DNA from: a virus
Length of the DNA stretch: 64,000 nucleotides
Virus record (IMG/VR): IMGVR_UViG_3300042891_002337
Location: 11,599 to 75,598 of that record
Direction: 5' to 3' (one strand)
Shown here: positions 8,199-17,647 of the stretch, piece by piece
How positions within the stretch are numbered: the stretch's first letter is position 1
Layout of the letters: each line of letters begins with the position of its first letter
The notes under the pieces: model-generated
The model's input: only the letters and a program-made list of their open reading frames with translations
Told to the model about the DNA's origin: nothing
The model's database searches: none
Made by a program: the position numbers and the translations under genes

Positions 8199-11100
8199 CT
8201 AGCAATCCAAGTACTTCATCTTTCCGATGTTGGTTGAGATGCCCCAGTTCACCTCATGGTTGACGTTGGCCATCCAGATGGAGTAGGGTACCAGCTTATC
8301 ATTTGAATCTCCCCACACTCGTATCCAGCTGGTCTTTAGAGAGGAGTCTACAACCTTGAGCCGAAGGAAAGTCTTGCCTGTCTTTGTGGACTTCTTTTCG
8401 ATGTGAATCACACAGAACCATGCAATGTCAGAGTTTCCAGGCTCGATCTCTGAGATTGCAGGAATCTCAACCTTTCGAATCTTGCCCATAATCTCTTCGG
8501 GGAACATGATGTGGTGAGGAGCGGCACCTGAGATTTCGGCCTGAAGGGCAACCTTCTCGGTTCGTGTCCAATCCTCGATGCACTGTGTGGATTCGATGAG
8601 GGTCTCAATCACAGGTGGAGCATTGGTCTTTGCTGCCTTCTTGGCACTCATCCCCCATCGTCCCTTGCGCAGGACTCCGTAATTTCCAATGATGATCTCA
8701 TGGAGCTGCTTGTGGTTGTTGACCTTGCCGGACTTGAACTCTTCAAGTGAGGTGAATGCCTCCATTCCAAGAAGGGCCTCGAAGCATCGACGGTTGAGCT
8801 TTGAGTGCTTCCAATTTCCTTCCTCATCGAAGAGGAGCTCATCCATGTTTCGGTATGGTCGATTCTCAATGATCTCATCGACTGCCGAATCACCGACACC
8901 CTTCAAGGAGGAGAGAGGTGGGACGAAAGAATCAAGCTCATCTGACCATGACCACTCCTCAGAAGAAGAGTTGATGTCAGGTGGTGAGATCTTGTAGCCC
9001 TGCTGCTTGATCTCGGACATCACCACAGCGAGGCCTTCAACATTTCGATTCTCAGTCTGAAGGCAGGTGGCAAGCCAATCCTTCTCATAGTATGTCATGA
9101 GCCAAGCACCATAGTAGGAGTCGATGGCATATGCAACAGAGTGGGACTTGTTGAAACCGTAAAGTGAGAAGAATGCGATTGTCTCAAAGAGGTCTGTGGC
9201 CTGCTTCTTTGAAAGACCGGACTTTTCAATACATCCGCTGATGAACTTCTTTTCCAGGGCCTCCTTCTCATCGGACTTCTTGCCAAGGGATGTGAGGTCC
9301 TTCTTCACCAGGGTCTTTCGCATCTTGTCAGAGTCACCAGGTGAGAATCCGGCAAGCTTCTGTGCCAGCAACATGAACTGTTCCTGGAAGACGATGAACC
9401 CGCATGTTGGGCCGAGGATCTCCTCGATGACCGGATGGTCGTACTTGATTGCGGCTCGATTCTTCTTGGCCTCGACGTACTTCTTGTGGACGTCGGCCTT
9501 CAGGGGACCAGGACGATAGATTGCCGTGATGGTGGAGAGGTCCACAATGTTCTCAGGTTGAGCTGAAATACAGAACCTCCGTGCGCCATCCGATGTGAAC
9601 TGGAAGATGCCTGGCCACCGACCTGCCTGGTAGACGAACTTGAACACCTCAGGATCGTTGGGATCGACATATCGACAGTTCAGCTTATCGTCATAGAACT
9701 TCTTGACTTCCTTGAAGGTGGGCTCCTTTCCGGTCTCACGACGGAGGATTCGACGGATACAGTCCTCAACCATCTGCATTTGCTTCAGGCCAAGGAAGTC
9801 GAACTTTAGGAAGCCGTTCTCCTCCAGGTTTCGAATGTTGACGCCTTCAGTCCATGGTGTCTGTAGTTCACCGCGAACTGTGATGAGTGGCATGTGCTTC
9901 TCAAGCTCAGGACAGACAAGGACGCCACCGGCATGACGACCAATGGATCGATTCATCATGAAGAGGGCTCGGACCTTGTCCTCGACCTGAGGGTACTTCT
10001 CCATGAACTCACGGTACCTGGGAGAGTGCTCGAGGCAATCCTCATGCTTGAGGACGAACATGGACTTCTCCATGTTAGGATCTCGGGACTTCTCTGCAAC
10101 CTCACGTTCGAGGGGACCTGTGACGGCATTCACCTCATCGAAAGGAATGCCATAGAACTTTGATACGTCCTTCACCAGGGACTTGAGCTTGAGGGTATTG
10201 AAGTTGGAGACTGGGACAACCGATTCCTCACCGAAGATCTCACGTGCTGCATCGATAAGAGCATCACGGTTTCCGACGTCAGTGTCGATGTCAGGCCAAC
10301 CTGCACGGTGACGACCAAGGAATCGTTCCCAGAGGAGGTCATATCGCATTGGGTCGACGTGAGTGATTCCAAGGAGGTAGTTGACGAGGGAACCTGCGCC
10401 GGAACCACGACCGGCACCTGGAAGAGTCCGGTTCTCGGCAACCTTGAACACCTTCTGAAGTGTGAGGAAGTAGTTCTCGAAGCCAAGGTGCTTGATGTCA
10501 CCAAGCTCGAACTTGGCACGTTCGACGTATTCCTTGTTGGTTGCAAGACCCTCATCAATAAGGGCAGTCTTCACAAGGCTGGTGAGTTGGCTCATTGCAG
10601 TGCTTTCAGATGTGGAGAACGAAGGAAGCTTTGCAGTGTCCTCGAACCAGATCTCCTCACACATCTGCCACGCAATGTCATGTCCACGTTCGATGGAGGA
10701 ACGAACCACATCTTCAGTCCCCTCATAGAACTTGAACTCCTTTCGTCGGAGGAGGTACTCTTCCCACATCTGGTCGGCATTCTTGGGGAAGAGTTCAGCC
10801 TTGATCTGGTCCTTCGTAGGAAGTGGCTTCGGCTCCTCACCAATCTTCATTCGACCAGGCTGAAGCTGGCGATAGATCTCACGGGCTTCCCAAAGGTCAG
10901 GACCAGGGTAGTGAGCGTCAGAAGTGGTAAGGAGGGGAATTCCTGTTCGCTGGGACAGGTCAATCATGCACCGGTTCGTGAGGTCCTGTGCGCCGAGTCG
11001 ATTGAACTGGATCTCGAGGAAGAAGTTGTCTCGTCCAACACAGTCGGTGAATCGATCTACCATGTTCTGAAGTCGATTGTTGATTCGGTTTCGAACGGTC

Positions 11101-11738
11101 TCATCATCAACAAGTCGAGGATCGAGCTGGTCAAACTTGAGGTCTGGGAACTCACGGTAGATAATGCCGGACGGATAGCCGCCGACGCATGCTGTGGAGA
11201 CCACCAGGCCTTCACCATGTTCCTTGAGCATGTTGAAGTCGATTCGTGGGAACTTGTAGAACCCGTCCTTGAAGGACTTCTTGACCAGAGTGAAGAGGTT
11301 GGAGAGGCCGACTCGATTCTTGGCAACCACGACAAGGTGGTACCGTCGACTGATGTTGTCGATCTGCTCGGTTCGAGTGTCGTCGGCATCCTCGACAACA
11401 AGGCCAGCCTCTTCCTCATCGTTCTCGGAGGTGCTGTCCTCTGCCGAGATACCCTTCGAAAGGTCGTAGGCCTTCTTCCATTCCTTCAGGTCGGGGACAA
11501 AGTAGAACTCCACACCGTAGAGTTGGCGGAACTTTGCACCCTTGCCCTTCAGCTTCTTGGCATGCGCGTGTGCATGAGCAAGTCCATTGCCATTTCCATG
11601 GTCTGTCAGTGACCAGGAATCGAGGCCATTCTTCAGGCAGAAGTCGATGTGCTCACGAGGTTCGGAGAGTCCATCGAAAGGAGAGAACGTCGAGTGGTTG
11701 TGGATGGAGGCGTAACGATTTGGGGGTAAAAGAATCAT
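8199..11738 (-). CDS. dnaE: DNA polymerase III alpha subunit (family C) with PHP domain
   Basis: HNHS..S..DG, LTDHG, SDAHY, GRGSGAGSL, PDIDTD, GRHAGGV, KFDFLGL, GFNKSHS. Confidence 0.97.
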   Translation of the reverse strand: MILLPPNRYASIHNHSTFSPFDGLSEPREHIDFCLKNGLDSWSLTDHGNGNGLAHAHAHAKKLKGKGAKFRQLYGVEFYFVPDLKEWKKAYDLSKGISAEDSTSENDEEEAGLVVEDADDTRTEQIDNISRRYHLVVVAKNRVGLSNLFTLVKKSFKDGFYKFPRIDFNMLKEHGEGLVVSTACVGGYPSGIIYREFPDLKFDQLDPRLVDDETVRNRINNRLQNMVDRFTDCVGRDNFFLEIQFNRLGAQDLTNRCMIDLSQRTGIPLLTTSDAHYPGPDLWEAREIYRQLQPGRMKIGEEPKPLPTKDQIKAELFPKNADQMWEEYLLRRKEFKFYEGTEDVVRSSIERGHDIAWQMCEEIWFEDTAKLPSFSTSESTAMSQLTSLVKTALIDEGLATNKEYVERAKFELGDIKHLGFENYFLTLQKVFKVAENRTLPGAGRGSGAGSLVNYLLGITHVDPMRYDLLWERFLGRHRAGWPDIDTDVGNRDALIDAAREIFGEESVVPVSNFNTLKLKSLVKDVSKFYGIPFDEVNAVTGPLEREVAEKSRDPNMEKSMFVLKHEDCLEHSPRYREFMEKYPQVEDKVRALFMMNRSIGRHAGGVLVCPELEKHMPLITVRGELQTPWTEGVNIRNLEENGFLKFDFLGLKQMQMVEDCIRRILRRETGKEPTFKEVKKFYDDKLNCRYVDPNDPEVFKFVYQAGRWPGIFQFTSDGARRFCISAQPENIVDLSTITAIYRPGPLKADVHKKYVEAKKNRAAIKYDHPVIEEILGPTCGFIVFQEQFMLLAQKLAGFSPGDSDKMRKTLVKKDLTSLGKKSDEKEALEKKFISGCIEKSGLSKKQATDLFETIAFFSLYGFNKSHSVAYAIDSYYGAWLMTYYEKDWLATCLQTENRNVEGLAVVMSEIKQQGYKISPPDINSSSEEWSWSDELDSFVPPLSSLKGVGDSAVDEIIENRPYRNMDELLFDEEGNWKHSKLNRRCFEALLGMEAFTSLEEFKSGKVNNHKQLHEIIIGNYGVLRKGRWGMSAKKAAKTNAPPVIETLIESTQCIEDWTRTEKVALQAEISGAAPHHIMFPEEIMGKIRKVEIPAISEIEPGNSDIAWFCVIHIEKKSTKTGKTFLRLKVVDSSLKTSWIRVWGDSNDKLVPYSIWMANVNHEVNWGISTNIGKMKYLDC

Positions 11739-11803
11739 CGGGTTCCTTCCTTGACTGACCGTTTGTTGACGATCAATCTTATTAGGAAGGAACCCGATGT
11801 TCA
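11736..11803 (-). promoter_or_regulatory. dnaE promoter (TGAAC-N17-TAAGAT) interleaved with a perfect 16-bp inverted repeat covering the RBS and start codon
   Basis: catcgggttccttcct (11736-11751) is the exact reverse complement of aggaaggaacccgatg (11784-11799). Confidence 0.75.
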
Positions 11804-11818
11804 GGATCAGGGAGAAGA

Positions 11819-12253
11819 CTACTCGATTCGTCCGTAATACGGCTCAAAGAGAGGCTTACCTGCTTCAATGGAACGCTTCAGGTAGTCACGGAGCTCATCG
11901 TAACTAGTGGTCACCTTCACACCGGACTGTGCCAACATGAGGTTGAAGTTACCTGTGAGGCCCTGGGCAAAGTAGACGATCGGAACGTTTGCGTTGTATG
12001 CGACGCCTGCCTCGAAGATTGTGCCCATGTCCTTGTCTCGTGTGTTGCAAAGGACGAAGTCGGCAGTTCGAATGTGATCGACATTGCCCTTGAACGTGTC
12101 CTTCTGCACATCAAGTGGTGCATTTGGTGGACAGATGAAGATCTTACGAGGGGATGCCACGTTGAGATCCAGTTCAGCCAGAAGATTCTCAAGGGCTTCT
12201 ACCTCTTCAAGAGCCTTGGGTGTGAACCAACCGGATGCGAGATACACTTTCAT
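11819..12253 (-). CDS. nucleoside 2-deoxyribosyltransferase / nucleotide N-hydrolase family protein
   Basis: KVYLASGWF...SPR...NVDHI..AD...DMGTIFEAGVAY...NLML. Confidence 0.88.
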   Translation of the reverse strand: MKVYLASGWFTPKALEEVEALENLLAELDLNVASPRKIFICPPNAPLDVQKDTFKGNVDHIRTADFVLCNTRDKDMGTIFEAGVAYNANVPIVYFAQGLTGNFNLMLAQSGVKVTTSYDELRDYLKRSIEAGKPLFEPYYGRIE

Positions 12254-12262
12254 TTTGACTCC

Positions 12263-12856
12263 TCAGTAATTGAGATTGATATTGTTCGATTCGATTCCAA
12301 ACTGTTCAGCACAGGAGCAGCAGGAATCAACTAGCTCCTTTGGTCCTGCAACAAACACCTGTGTTCCGATGGGAAACTCCTTCACGTTGAGCGGTGTGAA
12401 AGGAGTGTCCGGCCTACCCAGCTTCTTTGTGTTCCATTCAACGACTGTTTCAATTCCCTTCATTTCGCGAATCGATTCAATGCCAGAAGAAAGGGGATGT
12501 CCGCCACGGGTGTAGGAAACAAACCAAGTCCTCAGGTTGCGCTGTGACCTGTATTTGAGGAGGTTGTATCCCACACCCGTGGCGGTGCCGCCACAAACAA
12601 TGACGGCATCCCATGAATCATAAACAGGAAATCCCTTTCCAAGGGGTCCTGCTACATTCACTTCCGTTCCCTCCGGTAGGTCTAGAGGACCTCCGTAGCG
12701 GGTAAGCACCGAAGCAGAATTTTCATCCGAATCGGCTATAGCGAAGAATCGACCGTTGACATTGATGCACTGACCTGGTGAGGCTCCGTCACAGGGCATC
12801 TCAAACTTGACGACAATCATGTCGTCGCCTCTCAAATTTTCAATAACCTTTGCCAT
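12263..12856 (-). CDS. FNR-like (PyrK-type) FAD/NAD(P)H oxidoreductase lacking the C-terminal Fe-S motif
   Basis: PGQ...RFFAIAD, GPLGKGF, GGTATG, VFVAGP. Confidence 0.75.
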   Translation of the reverse strand: MAKVIENLRGDDMIVVKFEMPCDGASPGQCINVNGRFFAIADSDENSASVLTRYGGPLDLPEGTEVNVAGPLGKGFPVYDSWDAVIVCGGTATGVGYNLLKYRSQRNLRTWFVSYTRGGHPLSSGIESIREMKGIETVVEWNTKKLGRPDTPFTPLNVKEFPIGTQVFVAGPKELVDSCCSCAEQFGIESNNINLNY

Positions 12857-12857
12857 A

Positions 12858-13385
12858 CTACACCCAAGCCTTCAGGAGGCCCTGCATTGTTTCTCGCATC
12901 TCGCGTTCCAGGTCCTCATCATCGACATTCACAAGCACCGTCTTGCACTTGGTCCACTTTGTGAACTTCATGTAGAGATCGTGAATCTTGGTGATGTTGT
13001 CATTGATGTTGTCATACTCATCCTTGACGCCTGCATACGAGGATCGATGAGGAATGACGATGACAGTTCCAAGACGAGAGTGACGTTCATCAAGCTGACG
13101 AAGGAGCTCAAAGTCAGTCTGCCTTCCGAGGGCTTGGGAGTATATCCACTCGGAAGGCCAGGCACGATCGAGGATTACCGATGAGCCGGAGGACTCGAGG
13201 TACGAGGTGAAGTAAGTGTCCACATAGCGGATCGCATTGAGAAAGTAGCTTGGGTCGCTGAGAAAGTACTTGTGCTCGTCCGTGTTCTTGAAGTACGGAA
13301 TGCCAAGGCGACGACTGAGCTCCTTGGCCTGCTCGGTCTTCCCGCAGCGATCAGGACCCTCGTAGATGATGATCCGCTGTGGCAT
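12858..13385 (-). CDS. dNMP (thymidylate-type) kinase
   Basis: IIYEGPDRCGKT P-loop, ILDRAWPSEWIY. Confidence 0.85.
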   Translation of the reverse strand: MPQRIIIYEGPDRCGKTEQAKELSRRLGIPYFKNTDEHKYFLSDPSYFLNAIRYVDTYFTSYLESSGSSVILDRAWPSEWIYSQALGRQTDFELLRQLDERHSRLGTVIVIPHRSSYAGVKDEYDNINDNITKIHDLYMKFTKWTKCKTVLVNVDDEDLEREMRETMQGLLKAWV

Positions 13386-14311
13386 TACTTCCCCTCGACC
13401 TTACGGATTCGTGCCTCATACCCGATGGTCTTCCAGTCCTCGATCATCTCCTTCTCACCTGGAAAGAGGAGGTGGTCCGGAAGCTCCTGTAGCTCGAAGA
13501 ACCATGCGGACTTATCGAACTTCCAGTCAGGCTGGTTCTCAGGATTCGAGAGGGAGGGAATGTGCTTGCCTGCGGAAGGAGCACGACCGGTGTTGCCGAA
13601 GACCTTGTCGGTATTGAGGCAGGTCTTGTTGGCGCCCATCGCCTCGAGCTTGGTGAGGAGTGTGGACCAACCGGAACCCTTCACCTTCTCAGAACCATCC
13701 TCATTGAGGTGTGCCTTGATGAGCTCATGGCGAATGAGGCGACCAATGAGGTTGAGCTCATCGGTAAGACCGTTCTCACAACGACGGGCAAAGTAACCAC
13801 GAAGAGCCATGAAGTTGACAACACAGACGAGGTTAGTCTGCTGGCCATGGAATGTCATGTAACGGCAGTCCTGAGGAGGAACACCTGCCGAAACCATCTC
13901 ATCATAAAGAGCCTGAGACTCACGAACGATACTGGCAGCACGATCACCAAACACAGGATGCTCGAAGATGTTCTTAGGAATGGTGACATTGTGCTCGATC
14001 GCTTCAGGCATCTGGGATGTGACGCAATAAGCCCAACCAACTCGACCACGAGTGAACTGTGCAAGGCCGACTCGACTGATTCCTTCCACACGAATCTGGA
14101 AGTTGAGGGCCTCCTGCGGAACAGGAAGTGCAGTACCGGCAAGGACCTCCTTGCAGGCCTCGATGTGCTTCGGATTCGTGGGATCGTACTCCTGATTGCG
14201 AAGAGAGTACCAGGTCTCACGGTACCAGTTCCAGAACATTTGGAACGGGTTCTCGATTCCAGAGTCGAGAATGGTTACCTTGATGTTGCCGAAGCCATTC
14301 GAAATGCTCAC
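13385..14311 (-). CDS. divergent ThyX-fold flavoprotein
   Basis: E...F.IRVEGISR...QFTRGR...SQ, LYDEMVSAGVPPQDCRY, VNF..LR.YFARRC; canonical RHR and SxRY altered. Confidence 0.8.
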   Translation of the reverse strand: MSISNGFGNIKVTILDSGIENPFQMFWNWYRETWYSLRNQEYDPTNPKHIEACKEVLAGTALPVPQEALNFQIRVEGISRVGLAQFTRGRVGWAYCVTSQMPEAIEHNVTIPKNIFEHPVFGDRAASIVRESQALYDEMVSAGVPPQDCRYMTFHGQQTNLVCVVNFMALRGYFARRCENGLTDELNLIGRLIRHELIKAHLNEDGSEKVKGSGWSTLLTKLEAMGANKTCLNTDKVFGNTGRAPSAGKHIPSLSNPENQPDWKFDKSAWFFELQELPDHLLFPGEKEMIEDWKTIGYEARIRKVEGK

Positions 14312-15249
14312 TTTACCTCCAGATTGTTGACTGAGTTTAGAAAATCTTGATGTGTGTCGTAGATATCAATGTTCTTCACATTGACCAACTGTTCATTGTA
14401 AGTCTTCTGTGGAGACAGTACACGAATCCCATGCGATGCATACTCAAGGGCATGCTTTGGTGAATCGTCCATTGCAAACATGACCTTCCCCTTCAGGAAG
14501 TAATCCTGCTGCGTCAGCCACCTGTACTTCTCAGGGCTGAATCCGATTCCATCGACCTCAAAGCCGTGACGCTCGAGCCACGCATATGTGGCGCACTCAC
14601 ACATTGGATTCTCCTGTGGGCGCGCCGTGAGGATCTGGATCCAGAATCCCCTCTTTCGCATTGCATTGAGCTCATCTCGAAGCCAGACAAGAGGTTCGAG
14701 TTCCATCATGCCGCCAGCACTGATAAAGTCCTCAAACACGTTTGTGGGATCAATTCCAGCCTGAAGGATCGCATCGGTGTTGTAGTACTCCTTGCCATGC
14801 AAGTTAGTCTTCACACCCTTCGATTCGAGCCATTCATAGAACTTTGTTCGAAAGTCTGCAACGACGTCGTCGACATCAACAATGACAACAGGTTCACCTG
14901 ACCATTTTCGGGAAAGGAGCCTGTGACGAATGTTGAGCTGGGAGTCACGAAGTTGCATGGCAGCCTCGAGGTCCTCAGAAGAGAAGTCCCATGTGTTGAG
15001 TACTGCGGTGATGTAACGCACAACATCCACAGACTCAAACAGCATCTTGTTTCTGTTTATGAAACGATCTTCTGTGTGGTGACGAAAGTTGATGCTGTTT
15101 GTGAGTTGACCGACCTCATTGTGAAGTGAGAGGAGGAGCGTCTTTGTGAGCTCCAGCTTCTTTTCATCATCACGACCAAACTGGTCCAGCAACTCACCAA
15201 ACGAACGTTGTGCGGACAGGATTCCCTGTAGAGTCTTGAATTCCTTCAT
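14308..15249 (-). CDS. MazG/dimeric dUTPase-like NTP pyrophosphatase fused to a HAD 5'-nucleotidase domain
   Basis: N-terminal helical LHNEVGQL...FESVDVVRY; C-terminal IVDVDDVVAD, ILTARP, K, MDDSP. Confidence 0.78.
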   Translation of the reverse strand: MKEFKTLQGILSAQRSFGELLDQFGRDDEKKLELTKTLLLSLHNEVGQLTNSINFRHHTEDRFINRNKMLFESVDVVRYITAVLNTWDFSSEDLEAAMQLRDSQLNIRHRLLSRKWSGEPVVIVDVDDVVADFRTKFYEWLESKGVKTNLHGKEYYNTDAILQAGIDPTNVFEDFISAGGMMELEPLVWLRDELNAMRKRGFWIQILTARPQENPMCECATYAWLERHGFEVDGIGFSPEKYRWLTQQDYFLKGKVMFAMDDSPKHALEYASHGIRVLSPQKTYNEQLVNVKNIDIYDTHQDFLNSVNNLEVK

Positions 15250-15254
15250 GATTC

Positions 15255-15283
15255 ACTGTAATCCTTGAGATATGGGTTTTCAA
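15255..15283 (-). promoter_or_regulatory. sigma70-like promoter TTGAAA-N17-TACAGT, 5 nt before ATG (likely leaderless)
   Basis: direct sequence; same spacing as the other early/middle promoters in the window. Confidence 0.6.
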
Positions 15284-15516
15284 CCCCTGACAATGGAAAA
15301 GTCAGAAATAGGCTGGTTCAGGTATGAGGTGCCAGTCCCTGGTTCAATGACATCAATGACGATGCTCAGCGTGGCGGCTCTCTCACTCCAGTAGACTGTC
15401 CCCTCATGGGGACCCCTCGTAACGAGGAATATCTTGTCAGGAGGCCACCTCCAACTCTCACCAAGGACTGGTGTGTTGGAGACTATTGATCTCCTGACAA
15501 GGTCACCCCTCTTCAA
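15280..15516 (-). CDS. hypothetical protein
   Basis: 78-aa ORF in the operon (MKRGDLVR start). Confidence 0.55.
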   Translation of the reverse strand: MKRGDLVRRSIVSNTPVLGESWRWPPDKIFLVTRGPHEGTVYWSERAATLSIVIDVIEPGTGTSYLNQPISDFSIVRG

Positions 15517-15710
15517 GCACGGTCGGGAATAAGGGTGTTGAAGCCTGTGGGGTAGTATCTCACCTCACTTTCGACCTGGATCGCAAAATGCTTGATGGTG
15601 GGATGTGGCATGTTCAGATCATGTGGAGGGATTCCCTCACCAAGATAGAAACCCACAGCACAGGGATTGCCATTCTCGTTGATGACTCTTACCTTCGTTC
15701 CTCTTTCCAT
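15513..15710 (-). CDS. hypothetical protein
   Basis: 65-aa ORF, AGGAG RBS. Confidence 0.6.
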   Translation of the reverse strand: MERGTKVRVINENGNPCAVGFYLGEGIPPHDLNMPHPTIKHFAIQVESEVRYYPTGFNTLIPDRA

Positions 15711-15718
15711 TTCTTCTC

Positions 15719-15949
15719 CTAAATCGGGTTATTCTTATACTCTTCAATAATCTCTATCATCTGCGGGACATCGTTGTCCTCACACTCCTTGTAGTTGCGA
15801 CCGAGCTCTCGGTTCAACATGTCCCATATGAAAGAATACGGGTTGAGTGCTGGGAGGTCATTGATGTCCTCCATGTTCTTGATGAGGTAGTCGCCGGCCT
15901 CACGGGCCTTCATGCGGACAATCTGGATATTACTCTCTGAGAGGGCCAT
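15719..15949 (-). CDS. hypothetical protein
   Basis: 76-aa ORF in the operon. Confidence 0.6.
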   Translation of the reverse strand: MALSESNIQIVRMKAREAGDYLIKNMEDINDLPALNPYSFIWDMLNRELGRNYKECEDNDVPQMIEIIEEYKNNPI

Positions 15950-15958
15950 AGGTTTCCA

Positions 15959-16600
15959 TTAGTTGTTTCTTTCGGTGTACCAGAGGGTACGTGCGTAATC
16001 CTGGAGGTGGTCTATTAGGCCTTCCAGGTCCTCCTTCCTTACATTTGCAGACACATTGACCATACCGTCGGCGGAGGTCACCTCGACGTGGTCGATTATG
16101 GGTTCTTCAAGCTTTATTCCACACAGCCTCTCCTCAGAAATTGGTGCAAAGTCCCAGAGGTCTACACAGACATTCACCCTTCGTCCTGTGACGATGGGGC
16201 CGGAATGACGGTGACCGTGGACCTGCATGTCGTAATCGCGAATCACAGAGTCAGGCAGGGGCTTGTGACACATTATCACACGTCTTCCGTCCTGAAGGGT
16301 GATGGACTTGCGCTGGAACACCTCAGCGAAACCGCACTCCTTCATTGTCCTGGGTGACCTGTCATGGTTGCCGGAGATGAGGACTTTGTGGCCTCGGAGG
16401 TCCCTGATTAGGCGAGCCGCCGATGTATGGTCACCAAGGAACATGTCCCCGACGACGTACACGGTGTCACTGTCAAGTATCTTCTCGTTCCACCTCTGAA
16501 CAAGCTGCTCGTTCATGTGCTTTGTGGACTCGAACGGACGCTTGCAGTACTCGATGATGTTGTGATGATTGAGGTGAAGGTCCGATGTGAACCAGTTCAT
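15959..16600 (-). CDS. calcineurin-like metallophosphoesterase
   Basis: FTSDLH, VGD, GNHD, CH, HGHRH. Confidence 0.92.
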   Translation of the reverse strand: MNWFTSDLHLNHHNIIEYCKRPFESTKHMNEQLVQRWNEKILDSDTVYVVGDMFLGDHTSAARLIRDLRGHKVLISGNHDRSPRTMKECGFAEVFQRKSITLQDGRRVIMCHKPLPDSVIRDYDMQVHGHRHSGPIVTGRRVNVCVDLWDFAPISEERLCGIKLEEPIIDHVEVTSADGMVNVSANVRKEDLEGLIDHLQDYARTLWYTERNN

Positions 16601-17647
16601 TCAGGCTCCGAAAATTCTCCGGACCCGCTCACCCTGTGTGAGGTTGAGCTGAAGCATCTTTGCCTCCTGCTCTGGTGTGATGTCCTTCTTCATCTTCCTG
16701 GCAACGTTGTCTTCCATTCCGTCGACAAAGTTCCTGAGGATGGTGCCCAGCATTTCCTGAGCGTCGACATCACCTGCCCTCTCCATAGACCTCGCAAGTC
16801 CTACAATACCATAAGCAAGGTCGCTAATGTTTACATTGTCTGGATCAAGCCCTGGGTATTGTAGGAGAAGTGGATCGGGTTCATATGCGCCCTCGATCAC
16901 GTAGTCAGCGATGTCCTTGAAGAAGTTACGAAAGTCAGTTGAGATCGACCTGTACGTGATTCCTGCCCTGAGTGTGGAGGGAACACGCTGTCCGTCCTTG
17001 AGACGAGCGAGCACACCTTCAGTCCCGATGGTGAGGACCAGGTAGTCTCCGAGGGCCTTGTAGAGGTTTCCTGTGACGTAGCCCTTGATGCCGCGCTCAG
17101 GTGTATACCTTCCCTTCATCCACTCAGAATACTTCGGGTGTGTTACAACAGTGTCGACCTGCGCAAGGCCACCTGATGGCACCTTGACGATTATCATGAG
17201 GGGATGACCACCAACCGTGAGGTCAACATCTACCTCTGGGGGTCGAACCTGTGTGAGGTACTCAACGAGGAGGTCGGTGTACTTCTTCACCGTTACTGCC
17301 TCCTCCTTTCGCATCATTGTGGGATCGTCGGATGTGTAATCGACTGGGAACGAGACGAGGAAGTCAATGTCACCGTAGGTTGCACCAGGACGATCGACGA
17401 TATCCTTCTCGGCATGTGTGGATGAGCCTGTTGGTCGAATTGGGTCCAGCGGCTGCATTCCCATCCCTGAGAGCCAGTCATTAAAGTCTCTGATGAAGTT
17501 CCTGTAGACTTCTGAGGCCTCCCTCACAAGGGCAGGTGTGAGGTCTCTCCTGTGCTGTGGAGGAAGCTTCAGCCCACCTTCATTAAGGAACCTTCTCACA
17601 ATTGACCTGATCAGTTGCTGGTTCCTCTGTGATTCTCTCAGTGCCAT
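16601..17647 (-). CDS. Pol-beta superfamily nucleotidyltransferase-like late protein
   Basis: PTGSS...YGDIDFLV (GS...DxD) plus third carboxylate QVD; CTAATTA motif upstream; N-terminal LIRSIVRRFLNE. Confidence 0.65.
   Translation of the reverse strand: MALRESQRNQQLIRSIVRRFLNEGGLKLPPQHRRDLTPALVREASEVYRNFIRDFNDWLSGMGMQPLDPIRPTGSSTHAEKDIVDRPGATYGDIDFLVSFPVDYTSDDPTMMRKEEAVTVKKYTDLLVEYLTQVRPPEVDVDLTVGGHPLMIIVKVPSGGLAQVDTVVTHPKYSEWMKGRYTPERGIKGYVTGNLYKALGDYLVLTIGTEGVLARLKDGQRVPSTLRAGITYRSISTDFRNFFKDIADYVIEGAYEPDPLLLQYPGLDPDNVNISDLAYGIVGLARSMERAGDVDAQEMLGTILRNFVDGMEDNVARKMKKDITPEQEAKMLQLNLTQGERVRRIFGA

Noticed and set aside
10308-11612. 434-aa plus-strand ORF (also 13562-14350, 31115-32053, 30116-30763, 19109-19849)
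   Set aside because: Antisense shadows of strongly codon-biased minus-strand genes; no recognisable motifs, and no credible plus-strand gene anywhere in the window.
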